A stretch of DNA of 20,000 nt from an uncultured virus (IMG/VR IMGVR_UViG_3300008266_011401) (Duplodnaviria > Heunggongvirae > Uroviricota > Caudoviricetes): the IMG/VR virus record IMGVR_UViG_3300008266_011401; one strand, 5' to 3'. The notes under the pieces are model-generated. The model was given only the letters and a program-made list of their open reading frames with translations. It made no database searches and was not told the DNA's origin. Both the position numbers and the translations under genes were made by a program. Position 1 is the first letter of the stretch, and every line of letters begins with the position of its first letter. Shown piece after piece: positions 16,838 to 20,000 of the stretch.

Positions 16838-16840
16838 AAA

Positions 16841-17113
16841 TTATAGTAACCCTGCTGATGGAATAATAAGTTCAATACCGCCAGGAATGAAAACAGTTCC
16901 ATTGACATATCCGTTGGCTTTGGCAATAATCCACCACTTAGATGCGTCTTTATAATATCGTGTTGCCAACGAATCAAAACGATCACCATCTTGCGTTACA
17001 ACTTTAAATTGAAACGCATCGGGAGTAATTGGGGACGGTAGTATAGTGGTATAATACTGTACCCCCTTATCAGTTTTTTCAATTTCTAAGTTAGTAGTAT
17101 ATCGTGATAACAT
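16841..17113 (-). CDS. LysM-like / tail protein X-like baseplate wedge protein
   Basis: 'VVTQDGDRFDSLATRYYKDASKWWIIAKANG...GIELIIP' is a LysM-type fold signature typical of contractile-tail baseplates. Confidence 0.8.
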   Translation of the reverse strand: MLSRYTTNLEIEKTDKGVQYYTTILPSPITPDAFQFKVVTQDGDRFDSLATRYYKDASKWWIIAKANGYVNGTVFIPGGIELIIPSAGLL

Positions 17114-17119
17114 ATTATA

Positions 17120-19273
17120 TTATGGGTTAATTATTGGATTTCCACTTTCATCAAGAGGAACAGTGCCTTCATTATTTAAAACTGCTGTTGTTCTACCAAT
17201 CAAATCAGCATATGATGCTGGTGTGGGATTGTCTGCACGTTCTAAACGAGGTAGTGATATAGTATTCTTTGATACGGTGTTTACACCCGATGGTCGTGGT
17301 GCAAGTTGTCGTGCTAATGCGTTTAGTCCTGGAATTTGTGATTGTACGTATGCTTTTTGTTTGTTCAAGAATTCTTGTGCAGCAATTCTACTGTCTGATA
17401 TTCCTGTGTTTGCGATTACATCATCACCGAACAATTGTGTAGTGAGTATTGGACTTGTATCCAATTGTTTTATGTATTCCTTTTCAATAATATTGTATGT
17501 CATATTCAACTTAATTGCTTGTGGGAGTTCTTTATCTATATCCCATGGAATTTCTTGAAAACGCATGTCAATATTTTCTACATACCCAGGTTGATTAACT
17601 ATTACATTTCCTATTGTAATCCTTGCAAGTGGTGGAACCATAAAACCACCCGCATTATCTATTGGGTAAACTAATTTGTTTAACATATTTGCACGAGTCC
17701 AAATAGTTTCCAATTCTGCTTCACTAAATGCAATAAGGTACATACTGAACGTTAAGGTTCTGTTCATACCTTTGTATGTGATGAATCGTTCTGGTCGTCC
17801 AACGTATCGAACTTCGTCGTATTGACCCTTTGCATTGTGATTGATATCTTCAATAAATGCACGAAAATTAATACCATTATCAAATACGCCAGGAACAGCT
17901 ATTTTGAATTTAATATAGTCTGCGTTTTCGTTTTGTCCATCCAAAAATGTTGCATCTACTACCGCTCTATTATTTTGTAAATTAAAGTTATCTTTAATAT
18001 AGGTTGCGGTAGTTATACCATTAAATGTTTTTGGTGTTGTTGCACTACGAACAGAATCGGTATAATCTGCTGAACTACGATAATCATTTCGTGGATCTAC
18101 ACCATATGCAACTGTTGCTTTATTTGTATTGTTTAAATCCTTTACCTTAGCAATTGCCAACGTTGCACGTTCTAAATAGGCAGATTTCTCACCTTGATGG
18201 CTACGTATAACACCATCATTTTCTTTCATTATTGGCCACAAATCAGCTGCGTATAATGAATCGTATGCAGTTTGGTCTTTGGTCAATGTTGAATTTGACG
18301 CATTCAATCCTCGTAGTATTGCATTACCCGTTGCAGCAACGGTTTGTATACCTCTACCTATTTGACCCAAGTTGACTGTATTACCGATTGAAAAATTCGT
18401 TCCCAATCTACTATTCAACCAACTGGTTCCTCTGCGAATAATTCCAGGTACAGGAATATTTGTTCTATTTGCAATACCACGTAACGCGTTATTAACTACA
18501 CCACCTGCTGCGTTAATCAATCGTGATTGTAATGTACGTTGTGCACCACCAACGAACTTTAAACGTAATCTGTCTTGGGTACTGATTACCGTTTCCTTTT
18601 GTATTCTTCCCCACAAATCTGAGTTAATTGTGGCGTCATTTGGTACAATACGTGATACACGTGCCAATGGATTATTTAAATTTGCATTTGCATAGTTACT
18701 AACTGCAAGGGGAACAGATAATGGATTGTATGCACGAGTTTGACCAAACGTATTACCCGCCTGTAATCGTTGTTGTAGTGCGAGAAAGCTAATTCCTTCA
18801 CCACTCAACAAGTATTTTCTCATACGTGTAATATCACGAGGGCCTGATACTATTGGTAATGCTTGTGAATTTTGGCGAATAAAACTACTTTCCGCAACAT
18901 CACTACTGTATGGTTTTATTTCAATTAACGTATTGTTTGTTGGAGTATTTTTATTTGTGATTAATCCATTACTCAACGGAAAATCATCATACAACAAAGT
19001 TGGTCGTTTTCTTGTATAGGTGGAAGGGGTACGTAAAGGATTTCCAGAAAACGTAATACTTTGTCTTGGTGGTACAGTATTGTACGTATCATATATTGGA
19101 CTAATACGACGAATATCTATTAAATTTTGTGGTGCATCTGGTACGCCAATCGTTTCCGAAACGCGGTCACGTATAGCAACAAATGCAGTGTTATCATTAT
19201 TTACAGTAGAATCGGCATATATGTTTCCTATACCTTTATTGTTATTTGCAATATTTTGGAAAAGTTTAGCCAT
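17120..19273 (-). CDS. Putative tail-tube initiator / baseplate protein
   Basis: C-terminal 'FRAFIEDI...YDEVRYVGRPE..ITYKGMNRTLTFSM...PPLARITIG...PGYVENI...PWDI' is tube-fold-like (gpU/gp48/54-like); directly follows the tape measure gene. Confidence 0.55.
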   Translation of the reverse strand: MAKLFQNIANNNKGIGNIYADSTVNNDNTAFVAIRDRVSETIGVPDAPQNLIDIRRISPIYDTYNTVPPRQSITFSGNPLRTPSTYTRKRPTLLYDDFPLSNGLITNKNTPTNNTLIEIKPYSSDVAESSFIRQNSQALPIVSGPRDITRMRKYLLSGEGISFLALQQRLQAGNTFGQTRAYNPLSVPLAVSNYANANLNNPLARVSRIVPNDATINSDLWGRIQKETVISTQDRLRLKFVGGAQRTLQSRLINAAGGVVNNALRGIANRTNIPVPGIIRRGTSWLNSRLGTNFSIGNTVNLGQIGRGIQTVAATGNAILRGLNASNSTLTKDQTAYDSLYAADLWPIMKENDGVIRSHQGEKSAYLERATLAIAKVKDLNNTNKATVAYGVDPRNDYRSSADYTDSVRSATTPKTFNGITTATYIKDNFNLQNNRAVVDATFLDGQNENADYIKFKIAVPGVFDNGINFRAFIEDINHNAKGQYDEVRYVGRPERFITYKGMNRTLTFSMYLIAFSEAELETIWTRANMLNKLVYPIDNAGGFMVPPLARITIGNVIVNQPGYVENIDMRFQEIPWDIDKELPQAIKLNMTYNIIEKEYIKQLDTSPILTTQLFGDDVIANTGISDSRIAAQEFLNKQKAYVQSQIPGLNALARQLAPRPSGVNTVSKNTISLPRLERADNPTPASYADLIGRTTAVLNNEGTVPLDESGNPIINP

Positions 19274-19276
19274 AGA

Positions 19277-20000
19277 TTATCCCACCACAGATAGACGGTC
19301 CATTGGTGACCGTGCGTTTAATGAAACCCGTCCTACTGTGTTACCATCCATTTCAATCTTAATCCCGGCGAACGCCGATGCCAATCTATCTAATTTAGCT
19401 TCTAATTTAGACATATCTACATTGACAGTATTTGTTACTGCCGGTGCTTGTTGTTGTGCTGTCATTGGTGACGTAAGTGTACCAGCGGATAATAACTTTG
19501 TACCGGCCATTACAGTATCTTTGTTATTTAATGAGATAGTTTCATTTGGTGTTACCAGTACACGACTACCATACCCAGGAGAAGAAATGACATCATCTCC
19601 TTCTTCTGACTTCATACCCATCGCAGCGTATCCACCACCCGCTAACGCACCTGCCCCCAATAGTGCTAAGGATGCTCCACCACTGGGTATTGCTCCTAGT
19701 ATAGCAGCAGCTGTGAGTAATGTACCTATTCCTCCACCTATTGCACCAAGTCCAATACCTGTTTTTGTATTACCTTGTTCAACAAGTTCTCTACCAGCCA
19801 TAGCACTACCAACCCCAACAGTAAGACCTGCTGCACCAAGACCGACTCTACCAGCTGTGCCTCCTAATAATTTTCCAAACATTCCAGAACTTCCCATCAT
19901 AGCAGTATTTGCTACTAACGCAGCAGTATTTGCTATTAATGCCAAAGTTTGTGGATTTACAACAGATACCAATCCACCAATTCCAGTTAAGAGTGGTCCT
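19277..20000 (-). CDS. Tape measure protein, C-terminal part; starts beyond the right edge
   Basis: The frame stays open to the window edge (GPLLTGIGGLVSVVNP...). Gly/Ala-rich hydrophobic segments, 'GDDVISSPGYGSRVLV', 'IEMDGNTVGR'; sits upstream of the baseplate genes. Confidence 0.7.
   Translation of the reverse strand, partial: GPLLTGIGGLVSVVNPQTLALIANTAALVANTAMMGSSGMFGKLLGGTAGRVGLGAAGLTVGVGSAMAGRELVEQGNTKTGIGLGAIGGGIGTLLTAAAILGAIPSGGASLALLGAGALAGGGYAAMGMKSEEGDDVISSPGYGSRVLVTPNETISLNNKDTVMAGTKLLSAGTLTSPMTAQQQAPAVTNTVNVDMSKLEAKLDRLASAFAGIKIEMDGNTVGRVSLNARSPMDRLSVVG

Noticed and set aside
391..18695. Plus-strand and nested short ORFs from the six-frame track
   Set aside because: They are antisense or out-of-frame shadows of well-supported minus-strand genes, with no recognisable motifs.
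159..19972. Stop-codon reassignment (none of the 17 visible stops is TAG)
   Set aside because: Genes tile the window fully under code 11 with no TAG-interrupted frames. Absence among 17 stops is plausible in AT-rich DNA.
1..20000. CRISPR array, tRNA, rRNA or IS element
   Set aside because: All intergenic gaps are under 100 bp, and none shows repeat-spacer, cloverleaf or transposase signatures.

Overview
Gene-dense, AT-rich segment of a large tailed dsDNA phage, probably a myovirus. All 18 supported genes are on the minus strand and tightly packed. In transcription order (right to left): a tail/baseplate block (tape-measure C-terminus, tube-initiator-like protein, LysM/tail-X-like protein, baseplate-hub-like protein, DUF2272/CHAP-like protein with a hub-like C-terminus, one hypothetical); a replication block (compact divergent family A polymerase, hypothetical, gp32-like SSB behind a perfect sigma70 promoter, UvsX/RecA, hypothetical, 5'-3' exonuclease, gp41/DnaB-like helicase); and a nucleotide/auxiliary block (class II B12-dependent ribonucleotide reductase, an intact 1046-aa Oar-type TonB-dependent outer-membrane transporter, thioredoxin, dUTPase, and an IscA/HesB Fe-S carrier missing from the ORF track). 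The most unusual items are the phage-borne TonB-dependent transporter inside the RNR-thioredoxin-dUTPase operon, the polymerase with a changed steric gate and motif B/C residues, an apparently circularly permuted Cys-free DUF2272 domain on a split hub gene, and the regulatory architecture upstream of the SSB. All assignments come from motif recognition by eye; no database searches were run.
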